DNA of 64,000 bases, taken from the NCBI GenBank assembly GCA_963813575.1, contig CAWFAF010000062.1, forward strand, positions 166,862-230,861. The letters run 5' to 3'. The position numbers and the translations under genes are program-made. Position 1 is the first letter of the stretch; every line of letters begins with the position of its first letter. Of this stretch, positions 33,041-43,783 are shown one piece after another. Source of the stretch: an uncultured Planctomycetaceae bacterium. Its GTDB lineage: Bacteria; Planctomycetota; Planctomycetia; Isosphaerales; Isosphaeraceae. The notes under the pieces are model-generated. The model had not been told where the DNA came from. It worked only from the letters and a program-made list of their open reading frames with translations, and made no database searches.

Positions 33041-34414
33041 ATGCCGGATCCATCAAGTTTACGAGGCTTGACGACGATATCTCTTGTGGGATGGCCGGGG
33101 ATGACTTGCTCCTTTGCCGAGGGGCTGTCCATTCTTTCGGGCTCGAGGGAGATCCATGGATGCACGGCCTCAAAACGCGTCGATCTGTGCCATCGCACCC
33201 TACAGGCGTTCGTCCTTCTGAGTGTCTGCTGTGCAGTCAGCGGCTGCGTGGGACCGAGTGCCATCCGCTACACTCGCATCCGCTATAATGAGGTTTTTCG
33301 AGACACCAACGACCAGCAGCTTCTGCTCAACATCGTGCGCTTGCGCTATGCAGATTCACCAGTGGTCATCGACTTGCCCAGCATTACCAGCCAGTTCGAG
33401 GCGGCAGGCCGAGGCAATTATCTTGGCGGCACGGGCAACACATTTCCCGGTCACACGAATCTGGGATTGGGAGAGCTTTCTCTTCGAGACACGCCCACGT
33501 TGAGCTACCACCCCAGAGAAGGAAGGGAGATGGCCAAGGCGATGTTGACACCTCTCTCGGCCGACCTGTTCATGGTCGTGAACGTCGGCGCCGACATCGA
33601 GCAACTCCTCTTAATGACCATGAACGAGATCAATGATGTCGCCAATGCCTCGGGAGCGACCGTTTTGGCTCCGAAGGAGCCGAGCGACAATGCGGAGTTT
33701 CGCAGGGGAATCCAACTGCTTTCATGGCTCCACGAGCGAGACGGAACCGAGCTGGCGTTCGAGACCAACGAGGATTCCGAGCTCTCATCTGACCCAGTGG
33801 ACAAGAGCGCAATCCAAGGACGCGATCTCCTGAACGCCGCAAAGGACGGATATGTATACCGAACGCAGGGAGAGGGCCAGGCGACGCTACTTAAACGCGA
33901 GAAGCAATTGATCCTTCGAGTTCGTCCTGCTTACGTTGGTTCCCCCGAGATGGAGGAGGCGGCGCGGATTTTTCGCCTGGCTCCGGGAATGACCAAGTAT
34001 AAGGTCAAGTCAGAGCTGTCCGGCAAGGCCGAACACAAACTACCCAGCGCACTCGGCAACGACACCGTCTATCTCAATTTGCGTTCCGTTATGCAGATCA
34101 TGATTTTTCTCTCCAAGGGGGTGTGCGTCCCGGAAGAACACGTGCGGTCGCGCGTTGCGCCTGTGACACCTGGCCCGGACGGACTGCCTTTCGATTGGAC
34201 CCGTGTCACTGCCGGCCATTTCTTTGTTTGCTCCCAGAAACACCGCCCGCGAGCGGCGGAAGTTGCCGTTCAGTACCGTGGCTACTGGTTCTACATCTCT
34301 CAGCAAGACGTGGCGTCCCGGGCAATGCTCGCAATACTCGAGACATTCTTCGCGCTCCAAGAGTCAGACGGAAGGCACGCTGGCCCGCTGCTGACACTCC
34401 CGGTCGGCGGGTGA
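33041..34414 (+). CDS. Hypothetical probable lipoprotein (start uncertain)
   Basis: Hydrophobic stretch with lipobox-like VSGC; QLLLNIVRLRY, PTLSYHP, VQYRGYWFYI, PLLTLPVGG. Confidence 0.7.
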   Translation: MPDPSSLRGLTTISLVGWPGMTCSFAEGLSILSGSREIHGCTASKRVDLCHRTLQAFVLLSVCCAVSGCVGPSAIRYTRIRYNEVFRDTNDQQLLLNIVRLRYADSPVVIDLPSITSQFEAAGRGNYLGGTGNTFPGHTNLGLGELSLRDTPTLSYHPREGREMAKAMLTPLSADLFMVVNVGADIEQLLLMTMNEINDVANASGATVLAPKEPSDNAEFRRGIQLLSWLHERDGTELAFETNEDSELSSDPVDKSAIQGRDLLNAAKDGYVYRTQGEGQATLLKREKQLILRVRPAYVGSPEMEEAARIFRLAPGMTKYKVKSELSGKAEHKLPSALGNDTVYLNLRSVMQIMIFLSKGVCVPEEHVRSRVAPVTPGPDGLPFDWTRVTAGHFFVCSQKHRPRAAEVAVQYRGYWFYISQQDVASRAMLAILETFFALQESDGRHAGPLLTLPVGG

Positions 34415-34510
34415 GAATTCCCGGGCGAGCGCATCAATGATCGAGGTGCTCATCTACAGACTGAAATCGCACTGCCCTCGAAGAGACGAGAGGCTGGCAT
34501 CACGTGGCCC

Positions 34511-35218
34511 TCACTCCGGGCAACGACAAAGGAAACAGTTCCGCCCCGGGATCCGTTGTGGCGGCACAACATCGATCGGGTAGCGATCCAGTCCCAGCCG
34601 CGGGATCAGCCAGGAATTGTCGTAGGCCGCCTGGTCGAAAGGACTCCGGATCATAAGCTGCCGCGCGAGGAAGCGGCTGGCCGGCTTGCCGATGCGGATC
34701 AGCGGGTAGTGCCCGCGGCCGAAATCCGGATCGACGGCCGCGACGGCGTGGATGCAGTCGCTGATGAGCAGGTTCCCCGGCGTGCTGATCGCCCGATACT
34801 GCGGGGCGCCGCTGGCGATGACCTGGAGGACCCAGAGCGACCGGTCATAGATCTTTTTCTCGGTGACGAAGGGCCCCCACATCGTGATGTCCTCGCGGTT
34901 GGAGCGGACGACGTCGAGTGTCTGGTACAGGTCGAGGTTCACTCCCGGCTCGGGCCAGGGTCGCCAGACGTGGAGGTCCAGCGACCGGGGCAACCAGCTG
35001 ATCGTGTGGACCTGGATCGCATAATTCCTTGGGTCGGGCCCCTCGCCGACGGCCCGGACGAACGTTGCCCAGGTGTGGGTGTATCGGAGGTTCTTCGGGC
35101 TGGACTGAGACCCGAAAATCAGCACGTAGTAGAACTCCCCGCCCCAGGCTGTCCTCCCCGCCGACAAGAGTATGAGGGAGAAAAGGGCGATGACGTATAC
35201 CCCGATCCTTTTACCCAT
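34511..35218 (-). CDS. Secreted hypothetical protein
   Basis: Signal peptide ending AWG; YTHTWATFV, HTISWLP, SDCIHAV. Confidence 0.7.
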   Translation of the reverse strand: MGKRIGVYVIALFSLILLSAGRTAWGGEFYYVLIFGSQSSPKNLRYTHTWATFVRAVGEGPDPRNYAIQVHTISWLPRSLDLHVWRPWPEPGVNLDLYQTLDVVRSNREDITMWGPFVTEKKIYDRSLWVLQVIASGAPQYRAISTPGNLLISDCIHAVAAVDPDFGRGHYPLIRIGKPASRFLARQLMIRSPFDQAAYDNSWLIPRLGLDRYPIDVVPPQRIPGRNCFLCRCPE

Positions 35219-35785
35219 CGCCCGGCCCCTCTGTCCCACAAAGCCGTTCCGTGGATCGCCCCAATTCTTGTTCCGGACCCGCTCGCGCCGGCTACGGGAT
35301 CAGGCCGGTTCCGCTCCCGGCGAACCTCGTGCGAATTCCGTAACCGCGTGATCCACAGGCTTGATCGGCGCCGTCCATTGCACAAGTATACCTGGTGATT
35401 CAGGACAAGAGCGAATGGCGGCCTAAACGGCAGCGATCACGAAAACAACCACCCGGCGACTGCGGCCGAAGCTGCACGCCTCCGATCAATCATGAGCTGC
35501 TGCCGAGCGTTAGTGGACGCCGCACGTAAATTCGACCGTGGCGGGGCTTCGCGATCGAACTGCGAGCAAGTAATGGCCGCGAACCCTGGGGACCTTCCTG
35601 TGGTTATCGTTGCAGATTTCCTTCACTTTGCAGCCCGAGGAGTCCGAAGAACCCCATCATGCGGGGCCCCCGGAGCCACGAGCAACCCGATGCTCCGGGT
35701 TCGGTGACGAACCCGCGGTAACTCACTCCTTGAGTCGGTGGTGAGAGCGCCCTCTCGTTTCGCGGCTTTCCCGACGACCGGACTC

Positions 35786-37674
35786 ATGAGGTGCGCTGTG
35801 ATCCTTGACGGAGTCCGTCCACCGTGCGACGCCCGACGCCCCCTTGCCGCGTTGCTCCCCGGCCGGCGGCTCGCGTTCGCAATCGCGCTTGCCTCGGTCT
35901 TCTCGGCCAGCGCGGCCCGTACGCGCGAGGCGCGGGTGCACCGTGCCGCGCGCGACGCGGGCGATCGGTTCGCAACGCGCCTCGGGGTGAGCGGATGTGC
36001 GAGAAGCGTGCTCTCACGATACGGGCTTATCCGGGGGGCGAGGGTGGACCCGGCGGATGCCGCAGCGCGGCTGGAAGCCGCACTCGCTTCTGATCCCGGC
36101 GGCGAGGCAGACGGACCGCTCGCCTTGGCCGAGCTCTGGTATCGCGCGGCCTTGAGGCAGCCGCACCACGCCCCGGCTTCGGCGGTTGCCTACCTGCGCG
36201 CGGCGGCCGCAGCCGCGTCGCTGGCGCTGGCCGGACCCGACGCGGAGTGCTGCGACCGTGCAGTTGAGATCCACAATGCCGCCGTGGCCCGGCTCGTCCG
36301 GGTCGCGCAGGACGAACGCCTTTCCGGCGGTAAGTGCTGGTCGCTGACGTTGGCCGGGCTCGGGGTATCGGCGGTAGGTGCCGATCCGTTCGTTGACCCC
36401 GGGCGATTCGCCGCCCTGGTGATGGCCGACGACGTGCGGGTCTCGGGGGTGCGTTCCTTGTTCCGGACATGCGGCCTGGGAGTTCCGGTCGTCGGCACGC
36501 GATGCGTTGACCGAGGCCACCCGACAGAGACGGACGAGCGGTTCTTCCCGACTCGGTTCCGGATTGCGGCCACCGTTCTGGCCGCGCCCGGCGGCGGGCT
36601 CGCAGGCGGGGCGTACCGGCTGTCGCCGCTCGAACTGGTCTTCTACGACCCGTTCCGGGGCGACTCCGCGTTGGCTGGCGGGCGTGCCCTGCCGCTGGCG
36701 GCCGACCGCACAACGCACCTGGCGCTGCAGGCGTCGCAGGAACGGCTCCCGTCCCAGGCGATCCGCGGCGTGATCGCTTCGGAGTTCGGACCCGAGATCG
36801 AGCCGGGCCTGTATCTGCTCCGCCCTTACGCGCCGGCGAAGATCCCCGTTGTGTTCGTCCACGGCCTTGCCTCGAGCCCAGTGGCGTTCCTGCAGGCGAT
36901 CAATGAGTTCCAGAACGACCACGCGGTCTCGGCCCGTTACCAGTTCTGGGTCTTCATCTACCCGACCGGCCAGCCGATCGTGGAATCGGCCATGCGGTTG
37001 CGAGAGGAGTTGGGCCGGGCCCAGGCGACGTACGGGGCCGATCCGTCCTTTCACCGGATGGTCATCGTCGGGCATAGCATGGGCGGCATCCTCGCCCACA
37101 TGGTCGTGTCGGACTCCGCCCGGGACGTCTGGGACAGCGCCATAAGCGTGCCACCCGAGGCGTTAAGTGCCTCGCCCGCAACGCGCGCCGCGGTCGACCA
37201 GTTCCTGTTCTTCCACCCACTGCCGTGCGTGCGTCGAGTCATTTTCATCGCCACCCCCCATCGGGGAAGCCGGCTCGCGAACAACATGGTCGGAGTCTTC
37301 TTCGGCGGCCTGGTCCGGCCGTCTGCCGAACAGACCGCGCACGTTGACGAGCTCAGGCGCTGAACGGTCCCGCGGTGATCAGGGATGAGAACTTCCAGGG
37401 TCGGTCGATCAACGCGATCGGCAACCTCCGCGTCAACAGCCCGCTCTTGCAGGCCATCGGCCGGCTGCCGGTAGCTCCCGGGGTGCCGTACCACACCATC
37501 GCCTTCCAATTCGCCGGCCACGCCCCCGGCGACTTGCTCGTCCCGCTCTCGAGCGCTCACCTGGACGGGGCTGCGTCGGAGGCCATCTTCCCGGGCTTTC
37601 ATGGCTCGGAACAGAGCCCAGCCGCCCTGGGTGAGGTCCGCCGCATTCTGCTGGAACACCTTGCCGGTCCCTGA
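35786..37674 (+). CDS. Alpha/beta-hydrolase (esterase/lipase-like; frameshift ~37355)
   Basis: VFVHGLASS, GHSMGG, IATPHRGS, GDLLVPLSSAH, FHG. Confidence 0.85.
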
Positions 37675-37893
37675 ATGACCAGGCCACTGCCGTCGCGCCG
37701 TACTCCAGGAGGTAGATATTGCGCCCGCCTTCGGTTACTTGTGTGAGCACTAAGTCGTTCGGCCGGCGCCGGTCCCGGCGTGGATTCCGCAAATTCCATG
37801 GCCGCGTGAGCCGCAGGCTTGCTCGGCGCATTCCATTCCGTAAGTATAGCTGATGATTTTGGACGAGATCGAGAGGGGCCAACGGGGGACGCG

Positions 37894-39133
37894 ATGATGT
37901 GGTCTTTCGCCTGGCAAAATCTGATCACGCGGCCATCGCGCACGGCCCTGGCCGTCGTCGGGTTGACGATCCCGATCCTTGCGTTCCTCGGGCTGTTCAG
38001 CATCTCCCGGGGGATTCGCGACCTGGTCGGCGGCACGCTCGTCACGATGCAGGGGCTGCTGGTCCTGCGCGAGAATTCGCCGAGCCCGGTGTTCAGCGAC
38101 CTGCCCGCGGATATGGCCAAGACCCTGCGGAGGATTCCGGGCGTGCGCGTCGTCGCGCCCGAGGTCTGGAAGATCGCCCCGCCGATCGACGGCAAGGGCG
38201 GCCTGGGAGCCGCCGCGATCGGTCTCCTGGGCCGGCCCCGCGAATCGGGGGTAAAGAACCTCGCCAAGATGGTCATGATCGAGGGACAGGACCTCCCCGA
38301 GCACCTCAAGCTCAAGGGCGCGGTGTTCGCAATGTCGATCTTGCCGAAGGAGCGCGGCGGGGGACGGTTCCTCGACCTGGGGGACATCGGTCGGCAACAA
38401 CGTCGTGATCAGCACGAGGATCGCTCGCGACTACCCGAACGCCGACGGCACCGCCAAGAAGGTCGGCCAGACGATCCGGATCGGGACAGAGGACTTCACC
38501 ATCGTCGGCCTCTACGACACAGGGTCTCTCGTCACCGACGTGACGATCGTCATGGAGATCGGCGTGGCGCGGCGGCTGCTCAAGGTGGCGGATGAGGCGG
38601 TCTCGACGTTCGCCGTGGAGCCGATCCAGATCGCCGACACCGACGCGCTGGCCGACCGCATCGAGGCCGCCCTGCCGGGGGTGGTCGCGCAGCGAATCAG
38701 CCAGTTCAGCCTCACGGTCAGCGGGATCATGGGGAAGCTCGACCTCTTCCTGCTCGCGGCGGTCGGCCTGGCCCTGCTGGTCGGCGGGGTGGGCATCGCG
38801 AACACGATGCTGATGAGCACCTACGAGCGATTCGTCGAATTCGGCGTCATGCGCAGCAACGGCTGGACGAGGAGGAACATCCTCGTCCTGATCGTGACCG
38901 AGAGCGGGCTGCTGGGCCTCCTCTCCGGCGCGGTCGCTTCCGCGGTGGCGGTCGCCGCCGTGCTCGTCGCGAATCGACTGATGTCCGGCTTCGAGCTCGA
39001 GCTGGGGCCCGGGCTCGTCGCGGCCAGCCTGGCCGCCGCGGTGGCGGTCGCGGTCCTCTCCGGGCTCTACCCGGCCTGGAAGGCCTCGACGATGACGCCG
39101 ATGGACGCCATTCGCCGCGGCGGGATCAACTGA
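37894..39133 (+). CDS. MacB/FtsX-family ABC transporter permease (frameshift ~38395)
   Basis: AWQNLITRPSRTAL, GIANTMLMSTYER..EFGVMRSNGW, YPAWKAS. Confidence 0.9.
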
Positions 39134-39172
39134 ACCGAGTTGCCCAGCTATCGACGAATCCGGAGGGGTCCC

Positions 39173-39860
39173 GTGATCGAAGCCATCGACGTCCACAAGT
39201 CGTTCAACGCCGGCGAGGAGACCGTGGAGGCCCTGCGCGGGGTGATCGTTCCGGCTCCCCCGCGAATCGTGCACCTTCATCGTCGGCCCGTCGGGCTCGG
39301 GCAAGAGCACGCTGCTGTACCTGATCGGTGCCCTCGACCGCCCGACCTCGGGCACGATCCGGGTCGAGGGCCGGGACATCACCGCGATGACCGAGGCCGA
39401 GCAGGACGCCTACCGGCGCGATCGGGTCGGATTCGTCTACCAGTCCTTCAACCTGATCGGCAATCTCTCGGCGGTCGGCAACGTGCTCCTCCCTTACATC
39501 CCGCTCGGCGTCACGCCCGGACCTGCGGGCGAAGGCGGAGGGGCTCCTGAGGCAGGTCGGGATGGGCGACCGCCTGAACCACCGGCCCGCCCAGCTCTCG
39601 GGCGGACAGCAGCAGCGCGTGGCGGTGGCCCGGGCGTTGATCAAGGACCCGGTGCTCATCCTCGCCGACGAGCCGACCGGCAACCTCGATCGGGCGGGCG
39701 GCGACGAGATCATCCGGCTCCTGCGCGAGCCGCGGAAGACCCTGGTGATCGTGACCCACGACCGCCGCTTCATCACCCCGAGCGACATCGTCCTGGAGAT
39801 CGAGGACGGCCGGGTCAGCGGGGAAAAGGCGCGTCACGGTTCATGGCCGCGGAGGCATGA
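39173..39860 (+). CDS. ABC transporter ATP-binding protein, LolD/MacB type (frameshifts)
   Basis: [49 protein letters not shown]. Confidence 0.9.
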
Positions 39861-40165
39861 GCACCCGGGCCGCCTGCGAATCCGGTGGTCCCGGTGGATT
39901 CCATGTCTGAAAGTTGAGTGTCGTGATGAGAACGCGGATCCGAAACATCTTGATCTGCACCCTGGCCGGCTTCTCTCACCCGTTCGCCGCGACCGAATCG
40001 CCGGGCTGGATTTGGTCGACTGGCACGATCGCAGCCGATGCAGCGACTGTGAGAGCGGAACCCAGGCGCGTTGCCCAAGGATCTGGTTTGATGCGTGTGG
40101 GGTGATTCAGCCTTCTCGCCGGCGGTCCGGCCTCGACTGGCAGGCAATTCCAAAGCGGTCGCACC

Positions 40166-40573
40166 TCAACCCCCGGCGCTCTCTCGCTTTGCCTGCACGC
40201 GGCGCGCGAAGCGATCGACGTCGATGACGCGCCTCTTGTGGATGCCGCGGGCGATCGTCTCGGTGCCGTCATGTGCCTCGACCTGGAAGGTGATGACCAG
40301 GCCGCTGACGTGGATCACACGCGCCTTGCACGTCACGGTGAACCCCTCCGGCGCAGGGGCCAGATGCTCGACCTCGACCGAAGTGCCCACACTTCGCTCG
40401 TGATCCTCGAGGCAGCTTGCCAGAGCGTCACGCGCGGCGTATTCGAGATGCGCGATCAACCAGGGGGTCGCCAGGACCGCTGGCATTCGACCATCCACGA
40501 AGCTGATCCGGTTCTCCGGGCCTACCGTGATCACCTGCTCTCCACTCAAGCCGATTCGAGGAATCTGCCGCAT
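40166..40573 (-). CDS. FlK-like (fluoroacetyl-CoA-type) hotdog thioesterase
   Basis: VLATPWLIAHLE (Thr/Glu), SVGTSVEVEHLAP (His), GIHKRRVI. Confidence 0.88.
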   Translation of the reverse strand: MRQIPRIGLSGEQVITVGPENRISFVDGRMPAVLATPWLIAHLEYAARDALASCLEDHERSVGTSVEVEHLAPAPEGFTVTCKARVIHVSGLVITFQVEAHDGTETIARGIHKRRVIDVDRFARRVQAKRESAGG

Positions 40574-40742
40574 GGCAACCCCTTTTTGAGCATTTGACGT
40601 CCAGCGTGGACTGCCGGTCTGGAAGAACGACGTATCCCTCCGCCCTTGATCTTCTCCGAAGGGACGAGGTCTGTCATCCTCGACACCCATGGTCATGTCG
40701 CTTAAACGGCTAGCTGTCCGCAAGCGCTCTGATCAAAAGCGA

Positions 40743-40774
40743 AAAGGCTTGCCGTTCGAGACGTGCAAGCCTTT
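40743..40774 (-). terminator. Rho-independent terminator after the DUF3072 gene
   Basis: AAAGGCTTGC / GCAAGCCTTT perfect 10-bp stem with T-rich tail on the minus strand. Confidence 0.65.
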
Positions 40775-40816
40775 CGATTTCGGGCAATCGGCGTACGGTT
40801 TGCGCAAGGAAACGCG

Positions 40817-41062
40817 CTACTTCCTGGCCCTTCGCTTGGACTTCGCGGGTGCGGCTGCGACGCCAGTCTTCTGGCGCAGCTCATCGATCTTCATCGAGGC
40901 TTCGGCCTTGGTGAGATCATCGGTGACTTCCTCGCCAGCTTTGCGGGCAAGCGTATGGAGATACGAGTCTTGCGCGCCAGTCATCGGCTCGTCGCCGGTG
41001 GTCCATTCGGCCGGGTCCTTGACCGTGCCATTATCGATGTCGGAATCCTTGTGAGTGCTCAT
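40817..41062 (-). CDS. DUF3072 domain protein
   Basis: KDPAEWTTGDEPMTGAQDSYL...LTKAEASMKIDEL. Confidence 0.9.
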   Translation of the reverse strand: MSTHKDSDIDNGTVKDPAEWTTGDEPMTGAQDSYLHTLARKAGEEVTDDLTKAEASMKIDELRQKTGVAAAPAKSKRRARK

Positions 41063-41154
41063 CGTGAAACCTCGCCCTTGGGCTCAAATCCAGATCACGC
41101 CGAGCCCCGCCTCCCCCGAGGCGGTAGGACGTCGGCATCCGTGGACAAAAGTAT

Positions 41155-41170
41155 AGCAACTGGCGTGCCG
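41155..41170 (-). promoter_or_regulatory. sigma54 promoter for the DUF3072 gene
   Basis: Minus strand CGGCACGCCAGTTGCT (GG-N10-GC), ~95 bp upstream of the ATG. Confidence 0.65.
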
Positions 41171-41226
41171 GGCGGTGTTAGAGGACTCGTCCTACAAGCG
41201 GAAATCTCTCCTTACTCTGCTCCTTC

Positions 41227-41262
41227 TTGACCCTCGTGCTCCGGATAACGATAATGATTATT
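41227..41262 (+). promoter_or_regulatory. sigma70 promoter overlapped by a Fur-like box
   Basis: TTGACC (41227)-17 bp-GATAAT (41250); GATAACGATAATGATTATT (41244-41262) matches the Fur consensus at 16/19. Confidence 0.6.
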
Positions 41263-41415
41263 GATTCGCGGAGATTGTGAGGTCCGCTTCGGCTCGAGGA
41301 AGTTGGCTCGAACAGTCAACCGCGTGTTGTGTATTGTGTTTCGCACTGCGAGCGTTCCGGCTCTCGGTTGCAAACGAGGCTGTCAAAACGCTCCTAGATA
41401 CTGAGATCTAAAGAA

Positions 41416-41785
41416 ATGGCAGCAGCCTCCCTTGCCGGCAAGCCGCGTAAAGTAATCCCCAAAATCTTGGCAGTGATCCACGCTGACGGTTGCACCGGGT
41501 GTGAAGCGTGCGTGGAAGTTTGCCCGGTTGACTGCATCTACAAGGTTAGTCCTGGGGAATATCCGGGCCTGCAGGCTTTCTGTGATATCGATCTCGATCG
41601 CTGCATCGGCTGCAAGCACTGCGCAGGTTTGCCCCTGGGACGCGATCGACATGGTCAACACGATTGATGTCGCCTATCACGTGGCGGTGAAGGGCGGCCC
41701 TCCCGAGTACATCGACGAAAACTGGGACGAACTCGTCAACCAAGCTCATCGCAACGCCGAAGGTTTGCTGACCAAGAAGAAGTGA
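41416..41785 (+). CDS. 2x[4Fe-4S] ferredoxin-like protein (frameshift ~41620)
   Basis: CTGCEACVEVCP and CIGCKHC(AQV)CP. Confidence 0.9.
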
Positions 41786-41950
41786 TCGGGCTTCTCACGC
41801 AAGCGGCGTGAAGTCCCTCCTTCGAACTCCTACCTGTTAGACGTTGAACGTTGACTCAGTAATGGTGCCGGCTGCGCACCTCGATCGCGTGCTGCGCAAG
41901 CGTGGGCGTGCATCGGGACTCACCGGCGAACTCATGACCGGAGACTATGG

Positions 41951-43264
41951 ATGCCTCGCTTCAAGAGATGCCTGACTCTTTGGGTGCCTTGCCTGGTGCT
42001 CCTTGGCGGCCTGGGAACCTGGGCCTCAAGAATCGTTTTCACGGCCGCGGTTGCTCAGCAAGAGCCGCACAAGCCCCCGGAGGAAGATCCGACCAGTCCC
42101 GCCGATTATCTCTGGCAGCCCGCCAAGCGGGAGCTCATCAAGGATGAACCCCTCCAGGTGGCCGTGCCCAAGGGCCTTCAGCCGCTTTTCCCCAAGCTGG
42201 TCGTGCCGATTGCAAACCCAATTACCAAGGGTAAGTACGAGCTGGGCAGCCAACTTTATTTCGACCCGCGAATCTCGCTCGACGGCACGGTGAGTTGCGC
42301 GACCTGCCACAACCCAGCCAAGGGATGGACCGACGGCGCGCCGGTATCCGCCGGTATCAAGGGGCAAACGGGCAACCGTAGCGCTCCATCCGTGATCAAC
42401 ACGGCATACGGCAAGACGATGTTCTGGGACGGCCGCGCTCCCTCACTGGAAGACCAAGCCCAAGGTCCGATGGTCAACCCGATCGAGATGGGCCAGCAGA
42501 AACACCAGCAGATCGTGGATCGGCTGCGTGCCATACCGGGATACCGCGAGCAGTTCGAGAAGGTTTTCGGCACCAACGTCACGCTTGACGGCATGGCCAA
42601 GGCAATCGCCACATTCGAGCGAGTGGCCGCCCTGTCGGGCAACTCGCGCTACGACAAATACAACGCGGGCGACCTGAACGCCCTTTCCGAGAGCGAAAAG
42701 CGGGGCATGGTCCTCTTCGGCTTGCGGCTGAGCACCGATGACGAGTTCAAGCCCGGCGTCGAGCTTCAAAAGGGCAAGTGCACCATCTGCCATGTGGGGG
42801 CCAACTTCACCGACGAGGGGTTCCATAACCTGGGCATCGGCTGGAACGAGAAGACCAAGAAGCACGCCGACGTCGGCCGCTGGGCACCGGTGCCAATCGG
42901 CAACAAGACGGACGTCGATCTGGGTTCCTTCAAAACTCCGAGCGTCCGCGACATCGAGCTGACGGGTCCGTACATGCACGACGGCAGCCTCAAGACTCTG
43001 GAAGACGTGGTCGAGCACTACGACAAGGGCGGCACCCCGAATCCCTCTCTTGATGTTGACATGAAGCCGCTCAAGCTCACGAAGCAAGAGTCTGCTGACC
43101 TTGTCGCCTTCATGAAGGCGCTCACCGGTGAGCACAAGAGCCTGGAAGAACTGTTGCCGACGCTACCCGCAGGCCCAGGCGGGAATGCCCCCGACGCGCG
43201 CGCGGCGCTGACTCCGCCGGCGAAGACGCCGACCACGGCTTTCCATCCCGTGCCCGGCCGCTAG
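41951..43264 (+). CDS. Di-heme cytochrome c peroxidase (CCP/MauG family)
   Basis: CATCH and CTICH, FWDGRA, FKTPSVR, PYMHDGS. Confidence 0.92.
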   Translation: MPRFKRCLTLWVPCLVLLGGLGTWASRIVFTAAVAQQEPHKPPEEDPTSPADYLWQPAKRELIKDEPLQVAVPKGLQPLFPKLVVPIANPITKGKYELGSQLYFDPRISLDGTVSCATCHNPAKGWTDGAPVSAGIKGQTGNRSAPSVINTAYGKTMFWDGRAPSLEDQAQGPMVNPIEMGQQKHQQIVDRLRAIPGYREQFEKVFGTNVTLDGMAKAIATFERVAALSGNSRYDKYNAGDLNALSESEKRGMVLFGLRLSTDDEFKPGVELQKGKCTICHVGANFTDEGFHNLGIGWNEKTKKHADVGRWAPVPIGNKTDVDLGSFKTPSVRDIELTGPYMHDGSLKTLEDVVEHYDKGGTPNPSLDVDMKPLKLTKQESADLVAFMKALTGEHKSLEELLPTLPAGPGGNAPDARAALTPPAKTPTTAFHPVPGR

Positions 43265-43783
43265 AGGTGGCCGCGAAAGCTCGTTTCCAGAACAGCGTGG
43301 CGGCAGTCTCGCCGCTACGCGGTCTGGATGCTCGCCAACGCATGGATTCTGGCCTCCGGTCCTGACTCATTTTCATGCGGCGACGCTTGCGGAACGTGCG
43401 TTCGCCTTTGAAACGCGTTTGACAGATTTGGCAGCGCAATTGAAAGAAACTCCATCGAGGCCGCGACTTGCAAATCAGAATAGGAATGGAACAGAATTTG
43501 CTCCTCGTACTCTCAAAGCAAGCACCACAACCGCTCTCACGCTGGCTTTGATGGTTCTCCGGGCTGTTCCGCCCGGTTTTTCGAGGAGGGAGTTCGCCAT
43601 GCGACCCCAACCGATCCGCGAAATTGCCCCACCCGCCTGGCCGCTTCCGCTGGTGGCCAATCCGCCCAAAGGTCCGCGCCGGTCGGCTTGACCTTGCTGA
43701 GGTGGCGGTGGAAAATAGGATAACGCACGCGGCGATGCGGCGTTCTCTCGTTTTCACCCGCCAAGCGGCTTCCCGGACGACTC

